A DNA stretch of 64,000 nt from an uncultured bacterium. GTDB taxonomy: Bacteria; Fidelibacterota; Marinisomatia; Marinisomatales; UBA1611. Below the pieces are notes generated by a model. The model was not told where the DNA came from. It was given only the letters and a program-made list of their open reading frames with translations, and searched no databases. This document shows, one piece after another, positions 54,424 to 64,000 of this stretch. A program made the position numbers and the translations under genes. Position 1 is the first letter of the stretch, and each line of letters begins with the position of its first letter. The DNA lies in the NCBI GenBank assembly GCA_943788175.1, contig CALSPG010000010.1, positions 1-64,000 on the forward strand, in the 5' to 3' direction.

Positions 54424-55431
54424 TCATTTACTTTTCCCATGTTTTAAAACAATCCTACCGATTTGCTCCCCATTGAGCATCTTTTTTATCTCGGGAAACA
54501 GCTCATCAATAAGAACTGTTTTATGCAGTGACTTTAGATTGTTTAACTTCCAATCTGACCCAAATAATTTCCATATTTTAGATTTTTTATTAATTGAAGT
54601 TTTCGCAGAATCAATACCCACCAATTGATTAGCTCTCAGAATAAAGGGATACACATTTGCATCAAAATTTGGACTACTTACATTGCCACAGCATGCAATA
54701 ATCCCACCATATTTCATGCTAACAATTAAAGCCGATAAAATAGAACCTCCAACAACATCAATTGCAAAACTCCAGGTACTTTTGCTTAGTGGTTTTTTTG
54801 TTGAATCAAGAAGATCACTAACTGAGACAACTTCGTTAGCTCCAATCATCATTAAATATTCTTTCGAATCTATGCTACTTGTTATTGCAGTTACATCGGC
54901 TCCCATCATATTTAGAAGCTTAATTGCGATAGTGCCGACTCCTCCAGTAGCCCCTGATACAACAACCTTTTTACCTGAAATATCATTTTTTTTTATAATC
55001 ATTTCAATGCATAGCCCAGCTGTAAGACCAGCCGTTCCAAGAATCATTGATTCTAGGCTTTGAAGTCCCTTTGGGAGGCGACAAACCCATTCTTTTGGCA
55101 CACGAATATATTCTCCAAAGCCACCAGCGGTATTCATTCCAAGGTCATATCCTGAAACAATAACTTTATCTCCAACATTAAATTGCGAGACAGATGATTT
55201 TTTAACAATACCAACAGCATCAATTCCAGGCGTGTGTGGATAGTTTTTTGAAACACCTCTGTTGCCAGAGAAAGAAAGAGCATCTTTATAATTTAAAGAG
55301 CTATGAGATACCTTAATTAACAAATCATTTATAGGAAGATCAACGATTTTTCTTTGTTTAATACTTTGGCTAAATGATCCTGTTGTATTTTTTTCAATCA
55401 CTACAGCTCTAAATGTATTTTTATTTATCAA
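54424..55431 (-). CDS. acuI: YhdH/AcuI-family acryloyl-CoA reductase (MDR)
   Basis: SSLNYKDAL, PGIDAVG, GTAGLTA, SGATGGVG and PFILR...GIDS. Confidence 0.85.
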   Translation of the reverse strand: MINKNTFRAVVIEKNTTGSFSQSIKQRKIVDLPINDLLIKVSHSSLNYKDALSFSGNRGVSKNYPHTPGIDAVGIVKKSSVSQFNVGDKVIVSGYDLGMNTAGGFGEYIRVPKEWVCRLPKGLQSLESMILGTAGLTAGLCIEMIIKKNDISGKKVVVSGATGGVGTIAIKLLNMMGADVTAITSSIDSKEYLMMIGANEVVSVSDLLDSTKKPLSKSTWSFAIDVVGGSILSALIVSMKYGGIIACCGNVSSPNFDANVYPFILRANQLVGIDSAKTSINKKSKIWKLFGSDWKLNNLKSLHKTVLIDELFPEIKKMLNGEQIGRIVLKHGKSK

Positions 55432-55458
55432 ATTTTTATTTAATTCTTAAAGACTTAA

Positions 55459-56690
55459 TTAAGTTAATAACTTATTAATAGATTCCTCGCGACCTCTTAC
55501 TTTTAAATTAATGTACTTATCTCCATAATCAGTATCTATAATTTCTGCCTGATCTTGGATTTGAGATAAGATTTTTCCTTGATCATAAGTGACCCTTACA
55601 TTAAAAGTTTTAAATCACTTTCTATTTTTTTAATTAAATGAGATCTTATATCATCAAGTTTCAGATGATGTAGTGCAGATATAAAAAGCCCTTCATTGTA
55701 ATCTGATTTTAGATTTTTTATGGTTGATTCATTATCAACCATATCTATTTTATTTAAAATAAAACTTTTTGAAATTTTAGCAGCACCAAGTTCTGATAGG
55801 ACTTCCATAATAGTATCAAGGTGCTCGTTAATGATACTTGAGCTTGCATCCAATACGATTAAAATATGATCCGACTCTAACAATTCTTTAAGTGTACTTT
55901 TAAATGAGGCTACTAAATTGTGAGGCAATTTTCGAACAAAACCAACTGTATCACTTAACAAAACCTGATGTTTTTTATTTAATTTCAATTTCCGCACTGT
56001 TGTATCTAAGGTAGCGAACAATTGATCTTCGACATATACTTTGTTTCCAGTCAATGAATTAAACAACGTAGACTTTCCTGCGTTTGTGTAACCTACAAGG
56101 GCAACTCTATATTCATTATCTCTTTTTTGACTTTGAGTTTTTCTTTCTGATTCAATTTTAATTAAATCTAATTTCAATTTAGCAATTTTATCTCTTACTA
56201 ACCTTCTGTCTATTTCAATCTGCGTTTCTCCCATACCAGCACGAGTTCCAACTCCTCCTCGCTGTCTTTCAAGGTGAGTCCATTGCCCTGTTAATCGAGG
56301 CAATAGATATTGACATAATGCTAGTTCCACTTGAGTTTTGGCTTCTCTCGTTTTTGCACGCATTTTAAATATATCAAGTATTAATGCACTTCTATCAATT
56401 ACACTAATTTTTTTTGCAATCTTATGATAATTTTTAATTTGAGCTGGACTTAGCTCATCATCAAAAATAATTAAATTTGCACCAATAAGTTGAGCCTGAT
56501 CTATAACCTGCAATGCTTTTCCTTTACCAATATAAAATGCAGGATTCACTTTTTGAAGTCTTTGAGTAACCAGACCTAATGTCTTAACGCTTGCAGTCTT
56601 AGCTAGCATTTTCAATTCATTTAAATGATTATTTACATCGACATCATTTACGCCGGGCAGAACTATGCCAATCAAGAGAGCCTTATCCAA
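55459..56690 (-). CDS. hflX: GTPase HflX, C-terminal frameshift at ~55610
   Basis: GETQIEIDRR, GYTNAGKST, LFATLD, DTVGF and NKID; the C-terminal domain continues in another frame to TAA at 55459. Confidence 0.93.
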
Positions 56691-56699
56691 ATTTAAAGA

Positions 56700-58746
56700 T
56701 CAACTTTTAATATTATTCACATTAGGTCTACCAACCCATGTTTCTAATAAAAATAAAATTATTGCTAGAATTAAAAATAATTTCCAAAGTGCCTTACCAT
56801 GCCTTATTTCATTAAAAATATTTATAAAATTATCGCTAGGGTTTATCCATTTATATTCTAGTTCTGGAAATAAAATATCTATCTCATTTTGAGTAATTTG
56901 ATTAGAGATAATTTCATTAGAATTAAGTTCAGTTGTGAAAGAAGTGTATAATATTTTATTTTTATAAACATTATAAACGCCCAATTCATTAGTATTTTTA
57001 ATTTTTAGGCCCTCTTTACTAAAATCAGGGACTATTAAATTTTTTTATACCTGAAGGCGACTCCACCTCCCACTCGCTCTTTACTTCATTACCATCTAAA
57101 GCAACCCATTTTACACTACCTAATTTGACAGCCATAGAATTAACCTCATCTGTGCCACCAAGAACTAATAGTTTATACATTAAAGGGACCAATAATCCTC
57201 TAAACGGCATATCATTCCAATCTAAGTCTAATATAGATGAAAAATAAAAAACTTTTCCGTTCCCTCGTTTAAAATCAATTAGTAAAGGGTCTCCATTATT
57301 TAGCTCAAGATGCACTTTTTGCTTGGACTTGGTGGTGTGCTTTACATACTTAAAAATCTCAGGAAGCTCGTCACTCAATTTTCTAACATCTAAATCATAT
57401 ATAGCATTATCTTTAATATTAGGAATTCGGACATTAAAACTTCCAAAATCAGATTTTATAATATCATGTGCTATTGGAAAATTTAAATTAGAAAAATATT
57501 TATCAAACGCGGGATCTGCTTCCATGCCACTAGAAAACCAAATTAGACCGCCTCCATTTTTTAAAAAAACATCTAATTCATTAAAAGCTGATTCCGTAAA
57601 AGCATCGGGATTATGAATGACTAGAATGTCAACATCTTCAACAAAAAGTCTATTAACCACGGGCTGCTTTCTTAGTTCATAATTTATCAGTTGTTTTTCA
57701 GGGTCAATAGCATTCAATATTAATTTAAAAATTTCTTTTTCGTTATCAGTATTACATACGACTAAACAATTAATTTTATTTAATATCGGAGTACTAATAT
57801 GCCAAATATTATCATTAGCATAATCATCCTTTGGTAGTTGGACACTGCCTTTTAGAATTCCTTTTTTACTTGGATATGCCTGAAAAACAAAATCTTTATT
57901 TGAATTTTGCTCAAAATTAGAGATTACCTGTCCAACTCTATTTTCATCAAAAACTAAATTTATTGGAATATTCTTCATATTTTTAGAATTATGATTGTAA
58001 ATATTAGTTTTTATTTTTATCAGCTGATCAGGGACTTTAATTCTACTAACGATATCAAGATTATTTATTGACATATTATTATCAACTAATCCTGCATTGA
58101 TAAAATAATATTTCCAATCATCTGACAAGGAATCAATAGAGATATCTTTTGTCTGAAAGTCGCTTATAAGAATACACTCTTTAATAGTCTCCTTAACAGT
58201 AAGAGTTTTAGTTAGTGAATCAACCAGAACCCAAATGTTATCAAAATTTTTAGAATTAGAAATTTTAATAATGTTTTTTTTATACTTTATGTCAATAGCT
58301 TTACCAGAAAACAAGATTTGAGGAGGGCAGGTTTGAAAAATATCTATGGTGGTATTTTCATCATAGAGACTTATTAGATCAATAGCAGTCTTTTTTGCTT
58401 TTTCTAAAAGAGAAAACTCACCTTTTTGTGCAGCCATACTTGATGAATTATCTATGACTAATAAAAGCCTAGAATCAATTTCTGCAGATAACCATCCAGG
58501 CATAAATCCCTTAGTCACGGGCCTTGCCAACATTAGTACTAAGGCAGAAATAATACCTGCCCGAAGTAATAATAAAATTAATTTTTTAAACTTTACGCTC
58601 CTTATTGCATTTTTTTTCATACTTTTTAAATACCGAATAGAACTGAATTCTACTTTTTTGACATTAAGTTTATTTAAGAAGTGAATAAAAATTGGGATGC
58701 TAATTCCCAAAAGAAATAGCATCGCGGTAGGTGCAAGAAAAGTCAT
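56700..58746 (-). CDS. BatA/VWA-domain membrane protein, frameshift at ~57040
   Basis: MTFLAP...PIFIH...VEFSSIRYL...LLLLLR...LARP, then DNSSSM (MIDAS-like); C-terminal LWKLFLILAIILFLLETW is in ORF 56700-56984. Confidence 0.85.
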
Positions 58747-59333
58747 ATTATCATACTAACTATGTACATTGCACAACCAGAAACAAGTGGTATCGAAACA
58801 TTATCATTAATATTAAATGAAATTAATTCTACAACTGAAGCAACCAATGCACCAAAAATTAAAATTTCAATATCTAATTTTTGATTAAGTATGAAACCTA
58901 CTCCTAGACAAGCAATAAAGCAGGCAAATGAGCCAGACAAAGTTTTTTCCCCAATTTTAAAATAGGGATATTTAATACCAATTATTGCAGCAAAAGTATC
59001 CCCAAAGGATAAGAAGAATAGCGCAATTATGCAAAACGGGCTAGGAACTATGATTATTGATAACAAGGACCCAACAAAAACCCATGTTGCACCGGTTAAA
59101 CTTCCTTTTTTTTCAAAATTTCTCATCATAAAAAATAAATATTTTTTAAAAACTTTATTAGTTTGAGGGTTATTCCTAGCATTTTCAATAAAAAAACAAA
59201 AAATCAACATCAAGGAAAGAAAAAGAATCATATCAATTTTTTCTTTAAATACATAAATGTGACATAGTGGTATAATCGCACTTAAAACATGGATAAATTT
59301 TCTAAAAATTTCACTATAACCAATATTTGCCAT
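58743..59333 (-). CDS. SEC59/DGK1/VTE5-family CTP-dependent polyprenol or diacylglycerol kinase
   Basis: RKFIH, GDTFAAIIG, KTLSGS and DNVSIP. Confidence 0.85.
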   Translation of the reverse strand: MANIGYSEIFRKFIHVLSAIIPLCHIYVFKEKIDMILFLSLMLIFCFFIENARNNPQTNKVFKKYLFFMMRNFEKKGSLTGATWVFVGSLLSIIIVPSPFCIIALFFLSFGDTFAAIIGIKYPYFKIGEKTLSGSFACFIACLGVGFILNQKLDIEILIFGALVASVVELISFNINDNVSIPLVSGCAMYIVSMII

Positions 59334-60088
59334 TAATCTACTATATTATTAAATATGTCTTGCATGTCAAGTACACTAATTGTTAAATCAATTGCTACGG
59401 ATTTTTCAAGGACTGTTCCAGGCTTTAATGATTGATCTAAAACTGTATATGGAATTAAATCTTCATTTTGCCTGTAGTAAACTTTACCTAAAGAAAATCC
59501 AGACTTTTCAATTTCAACTATTGCTTTTTTTTTGCTTAATCCAAAAATATTTGGAGCTTGAAAAAAATTTGGAGGGACACCTAAACTAATTGTTAAATGA
59601 ATACCCATACCCCTACTCAGCATATCACCACCTTTGGGATATTGCCATGTAACATTTCCGGCTGGAACATCAGAATTATATTCTTTATATACAGTATCTA
59701 TTTCAAGTCCAACTTGACTTATATCTAGCTCTGCACTTCGTTCGGACCTGCCTATTAAATCTGGCACCATCACAGAACGCTCAGCATTCGCGATTGTTAA
59801 CCGTACCGTTCTACCTTCTTTTACTTTCATATTGGTAGAGGGATATTGATCTATAACAATACCTGGGTTAAATGCTGATGAAAACAGTGTATCTGAGACT
59901 AATCCTCTGTGACCCTCAGAGGACAATATATCCAACGCATATTCTAACTGTTTACCCTCAACATTTACCATATAACTCCCTTGCCCATGCCTTACATATA
60001 ATGGCATTAAAAGCGAATCAAAGAGCAAAACTGACACGATTATAATCGAACCTAGACAAGCAATATAATATTTAAGATTTATTCTCAA
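59333..60088 (-). CDS. PASTA-domain protein (3 repeats)
   Basis: N-terminal TM; repeats ending PGIVIDQYP, AGNVTWQYP and YTVLDQS. Confidence 0.9.
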   Translation of the reverse strand: MRINLKYYIACLGSIIIVSVLLFDSLLMPLYVRHGQGSYMVNVEGKQLEYALDILSSEGHRGLVSDTLFSSAFNPGIVIDQYPSTNMKVKEGRTVRLTIANAERSVMVPDLIGRSERSAELDISQVGLEIDTVYKEYNSDVPAGNVTWQYPKGGDMLSRGMGIHLTISLGVPPNFFQAPNIFGLSKKKAIVEIEKSGFSLGKVYYRQNEDLIPYTVLDQSLKPGTVLEKSVAIDLTISVLDMQDIFNNIVD

Positions 60089-61406
60089 TTTTTCTTCTGT
60101 AAAACGGCAGCAAAAAGACCGTCCGTCTTTGTTTTATACGGCACTGCAAACATGAATCCATTAGAATTTACCCATTGATCAGGCAATAATGAATGAGTTA
60201 CTAATAATTTAAAATCTGATCTCTGTTTTAAAAATTTATTTACAACATCTTCATTTTCTTCTATTTCTAAAGAGCAAGTTGAATATACTATCTTACCGTT
60301 TGGAGATAAAAATTTAGCCATATGGTTAAGAATGTTAATTTGTAATTCTGACATCTTTTTTATATCTTGAGATCTTAATCGCCATTTTATATCTGGCCTT
60401 CTTCCAATTGCGCCCGTTCCAGTGCAGGGAACGTCAATCAGAATTTTGTTATAAGTAGGAAACTTATCTTTTGTTGCATCTAAAACCGACCATTGAATGT
60501 TTTTATAATTGTGTCTTCCTATATCTAATATACCACTATCTACTCGTTTTTTATTTTTATCGGAAGCATAAATCTTTCCTCCTAATCCCACTCTTTGAGC
60601 CATATATAATGATTTCGTACCAGGAGCTGCACAGGCATCTAAAATAATATCGTTTTTTTAGGATTAATTAAGTCTACAACTGCACCTGATGCTGGATCTT
60701 GAATAGATATCTTACCATCTTTGAAAATTTCAGTTTCAAATATTTTTTCTTTACCCTTAATTACTTTAAAAAAATTTTTAAATTTACTTTGCCTTGATAG
60801 TTCTATGTTAATTTTTGAAAAATTAGAAATCATACTTTCTTCACTGATTTTACTTTCATCTAGTCTTATGTAAATCGGTGCTTTTTTTATAAGAAACGAA
60901 CACAATTTTTCTGTATCGTATTTGCCAAATTGTTTTTGCCACTTTTTTATTAACCAATTTGGATATGCTAATTTTATGTTCTTTTCAAATAAAGAATCTT
61001 TCCAACCGCCATGTTTTGCATTGTGCCTTTGTATATTTCGCATAACTGCGTTAACCATAGATCCGGTTTTTTTATTAATAACTTTTTTTGCAAGATCGAC
61101 ACTTGAATGTATAGCAGCAAAATCAGGTATTAAATCATCGAAAAGAAGTTCATATATACCTAATCTTAAAACATTCATTAGCTTAGGTTGTATAAACTCA
61201 ACCTTTCTTCTAGAGCCTTTTTCAATGACAAAATCTAATATTCCGCGATAACGAATGACCTCATTTACACTAGCCTTTATACGATTTTTTTCATTTTTTG
61301 ATAGTATTATATTTTTAAAAGATTGCTTTATTAGGATGGGGACTTTTTCTTTTTTAGTATCAAAATTGTTAAGGATACCTAAAGCTATTTTACGTGTTGA
61401 TATCAT
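60085..61406 (-). CDS. rsmB: 16S rRNA m5C967 methyltransferase RsmB/Sun, frameshift at ~60655
   Basis: NusB-like N-terminus (LRLGIYEL, VNAVMR), IQD, DACAAPGTK read across the break, DVPCTGTG and YSTCS. Confidence 0.9.
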
Positions 61407-62331
61407 TAGAAAAATAATCACCTACTTTTATATCTGAACCTTTTAAAAATTCTTCAATAGTTAATCTTTTTTTCCCTTCTTGCTGTAATTCAAGAATCGA
61501 AACTAAGCCGTCTCCTGAATTCACTTCTACAGCTGAGCTACTAACACTATGTATGATACCAGCTTTTTCGACATTAGTATTCCTAACTAGTTTTACTTTA
61601 AATATTTTTAATTTCTTTTTGTTATATAAAGTATACATTCCTGGCCAAGGTGACAATCCTCGAATCCAGTTATTTATTTTATTACTTGACCAAGTCCAAT
61701 CAATTTGCAACATTTTCTTAGTAATCTTTGGTGCCTTGGTAGATTTTGTATTGTCTTGTCTAAATAATTTTGCACTACCTAGCTCTATTTCGCTCAGTGC
61801 TTTTAATAAAGATTTACTCCCTAAAGTAGATAGTCTATTTGAAAGAGTCTCGAAGTCATCTTCATTCAAGATATCAATTTTATCTTGATAAATAATTTTT
61901 CCAGTATCTACTTTTTTCTCAATTTGAAAAATACTAATACCTGTATTTTTATCTCCATTCATTAAAGCCCATTGTATCGGAGCGGCTCCTCTATAACTTG
62001 GCAATATTGAAGCATGAATATTGACTGCTCCAAACTTTGGTATATCGATGTACCTCTGCGGTAATATTCTAAAAGCAACAACAATAAATATATCCACTTT
62101 CAACGAAACAATTTCTTCATAAGTGTCTTCATCTTTAAAAGAACCTAATTCGATTAATCTTATTTTATTATCAATTGCAAACTGACCAACATCTGTGTGC
62201 TGGCGTGTCTTTTTTCTCCCCATTCGTTTTGGTGGATTTGATATAATAGCACAAATGTCGTGCCTACTCTTTAAAATTTCTTTTAGCGGGTCAATAGAAA
62301 ATCGAGGGTTTCCCATGAACGCAACTTTCAA
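61390..62331 (-). CDS. fmt: Methionyl-tRNA formyltransferase
   Basis: FMGNPRF, NIHASILPSYRGAAPIQ, DTG, APKI and IRGLSPWPG. Confidence 0.95.
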   Translation of the reverse strand: MKVAFMGNPRFSIDPLKEILKSRHDICAIISNPPKRMGRKKTRQHTDVGQFAIDNKIRLIELGSFKDEDTYEEIVSLKVDIFIVVAFRILPQRYIDIPKFGAVNIHASILPSYRGAAPIQWALMNGDKNTGISIFQIEKKVDTGKIIYQDKIDILNEDDFETLSNRLSTLGSKSLLKALSEIELGSAKLFRQDNTKSTKAPKITKKMLQIDWTWSSNKINNWIRGLSPWPGMYTLYNKKKLKIFKVKLVRNTNVEKAGIIHSVSSSAVEVNSGDGLVSILELQQEGKKRLTIEEFLKGSDIKVGDYFSNDINT

Positions 62332-62370
62332 TTTAGAGAGCCCTTGTTTTTTATAAATGAATGAAAGTTT

Positions 62371-62919
62371 TTATAAAACGATTTTTTTATCGTTAGAAAT
62401 GCGTTTGATTTTGGCAACAGATTCATTTTTTATTTTATTGACATCAGATTGGACTTCCGATCGTTGAATATCACTAACTAAATCTATCATTAAAACACCA
62501 TTGAGGTGATCTATTTCATGTTGTACAGCACGTGCTAAAAGTCCATTGAATTTTTCTTGATGCCATTTTTTTTCTAAATCTTGAAATTTTAAAGTGATTG
62601 TTTCTGGTCTAATAACATCTAAGGAGACTTGTGGAATAGATAGACAACCTTCAGAAAAGACACTTTCACCTTCATTAGAAATTATTTCACCATTTATAAA
62701 AATTCTTGGAAATTCATCCTCATCAGTATGAGTAATGTCTATTATAAAAAGATGCATATCAACACCTACTTGGTTCGCTGCAAGACCTATCCCCTCTTCT
62801 TCATACATTGTATCAAACATATCATCAACGAATTTTGATAAGTTAATAAAATTCTCAACAGGCAAACATTTTTTTCTCAAGATGGGATCACCATAGTGAA
62901 CAACATCAAGTACTGACAT
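62371..62919 (-). CDS. def: Peptide deformylase
   Basis: GIGLAANQVG, EGCLS and QHEIDH. Confidence 0.97.
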   Translation of the reverse strand: MSVLDVVHYGDPILRKKCLPVENFINLSKFVDDMFDTMYEEEGIGLAANQVGVDMHLFIIDITHTDEDEFPRIFINGEIISNEGESVFSEGCLSIPQVSLDVIRPETITLKFQDLEKKWHQEKFNGLLARAVQHEIDHLNGVLMIDLVSDIQRSEVQSDVNKIKNESVAKIKRISNDKKIVL

Positions 62920-63242
62920 TATTTTAAGTCCTCTTCATTAGTCTTACCAAACAGCCCTGCAATGGAGGATTTATTAAATGTTAGTGAAGTGCTACTATCA
63001 ACTTTAACAACGACAAGCTTTCCTTTTTCTTTAAAGCCACTAATCGTCCCGACTATACCACCAATTGTAATAATTTTATCTCCTTTACCAAGATTGGTTA
63101 TCATCAGGTCTTTTTCTTTTTGCTTTTTAGCTTGAGGCCTCAACATAAAAAAATATAGAATTACCATTATTAGTAAAAATGGCAAGAAACTCAAAATTCC
63201 TCCACCCTGAACAGATTGTGATTGTGCGAAAATAAAATCCAT
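62919..63242 (-). CDS. yajC: Preprotein translocase subunit YajC
   Basis: YFFMLRPQAKK and GDKIITIGGIVG. Confidence 0.95.
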   Translation of the reverse strand: MDFIFAQSQSVQGGGILSFLPFLLIMVILYFFMLRPQAKKQKEKDLMITNLGKGDKIITIGGIVGTISGFKEKGKLVVVKVDSSTSLTFNKSSIAGLFGKTNEEDLK

Positions 63243-63314
63243 ATATATCTATCTTTTAATTATATACAATTTAAGATATTATTAACATTATCTAATAATA
63301 GAAATCAAATTAAA

Positions 63315-64000
63315 CTATTTATTTGGAATTGTTAGCTCTATAACCGTGCCATTATTTATTTTTGAGTCCAAAACATATATTTTGCCTTTATGGACTTCTT
63401 TAATTATTCTTTGACACAATGACAAACCTAAGCCCCACCCTGATTTCTTAGTACTAAATCCCGGTCGAAATATGTTTTTCCAATCTTTATTAGGAATGCC
63501 ACAACCATCATCTGAAATTCGTACTTTCACATGAAAAGAGTCTTGGTCTAAATCAATAACAATTTCTCCATTTGATTTATTAATCGAGTCGATTGCATTT
63601 CTTATTAAATTTTCAATTGCCCAAGAAATGAGGGTGCCATTTGCCCTTATTTGTATACCTCCATCAATATTATTTATCAATTTGACGTTGCCTCCCAGAG
63701 AAGGCATCCTTTTTTTAAGGTAAGCTAGTGTAACCTTGATTCTTTCTGACAAATCGAATATTTCCATCTCTGGATCTGATCCCATTTTACTAAACCGCCT
63801 ACTTACTTGTTGCAACCTATCAATGTCTAATTCAATTTCCGGTAATACTTTTTCTAAATTTAATGGTTTATTTTTAAGGTAATCAAACCACCCCATTAAT
63901 GCAGAAACAGGCGTTCCTAACTGGTGAGCAGTCTCCCGAGACAGACCAATCCAAATATGCTGTTTTTCATTATTTCGAATAAAAGAGAATCCAAAAAACC
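63315..64000 (-). CDS. Sensor histidine kinase (5' part beyond the window)
   Basis: Frame open to the edge; H-box WIGLSRETAHQLGTP, N-box ENLIRNAID, DDGCG, IFRPGFSTK and GWGLGL. Confidence 0.92.
   Translation of the reverse strand, partial: FFGFSFIRNNEKQHIWIGLSRETAHQLGTPVSALMGWFDYLKNKPLNLEKVLPEIELDIDRLQQVSRRFSKMGSDPEMEIFDLSERIKVTLAYLKKRMPSLGGNVKLINNIDGGIQIRANGTLISWAIENLIRNAIDSINKSNGEIVIDLDQDSFHVKVRISDDGCGIPNKDWKNIFRPGFSTKKSGWGLGLSLCQRIIKEVHKGKIYVLDSKINNGTVIELTIPNK

Overview
AT-rich bacterial chromosome segment. Gene content (ileS-dksA-lspA-rluD-xerC, a dockerin/FlgD-type-CTD surface protein, AcuI, BatA, PASTA-rsmB-fmt-def-yajC) suggests a marine FCB-group organism such as Ca. Marinimicrobia; this taxonomy is inference. 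Many single-base indels, dense in the first ~6 kb, split conserved genes and look like long-read errors. From left to right: a large fragmented lipoprotein; a complete methyl-cycle operon (metH, mycobacterial-type MTHFR, metK, ahcY) behind a SAM-II riboswitch with a terminator; pckA; an IleRS2 with non-canonical GxHH/EMHKS motifs; envelope and redox genes; pyrFE; a cluster of unknown lipoproteins; transporters; and a probable 6S RNA. The most striking element follows the 6S RNA: a four-gene operon (HMG-CoA-reductase homologue, PlsC-family acyltransferase, eukaryote-like alkyl-DHAP synthase, SDR) that maps one-to-one onto the peroxisomal ether-lipid pathway, with the HMGR homologue where a fatty acyl-CoA reductase is expected. 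It converges on a partial acyclic-terpene-utilisation (atu) cluster. No tRNA, rRNA, CRISPR array or mobile element was seen.
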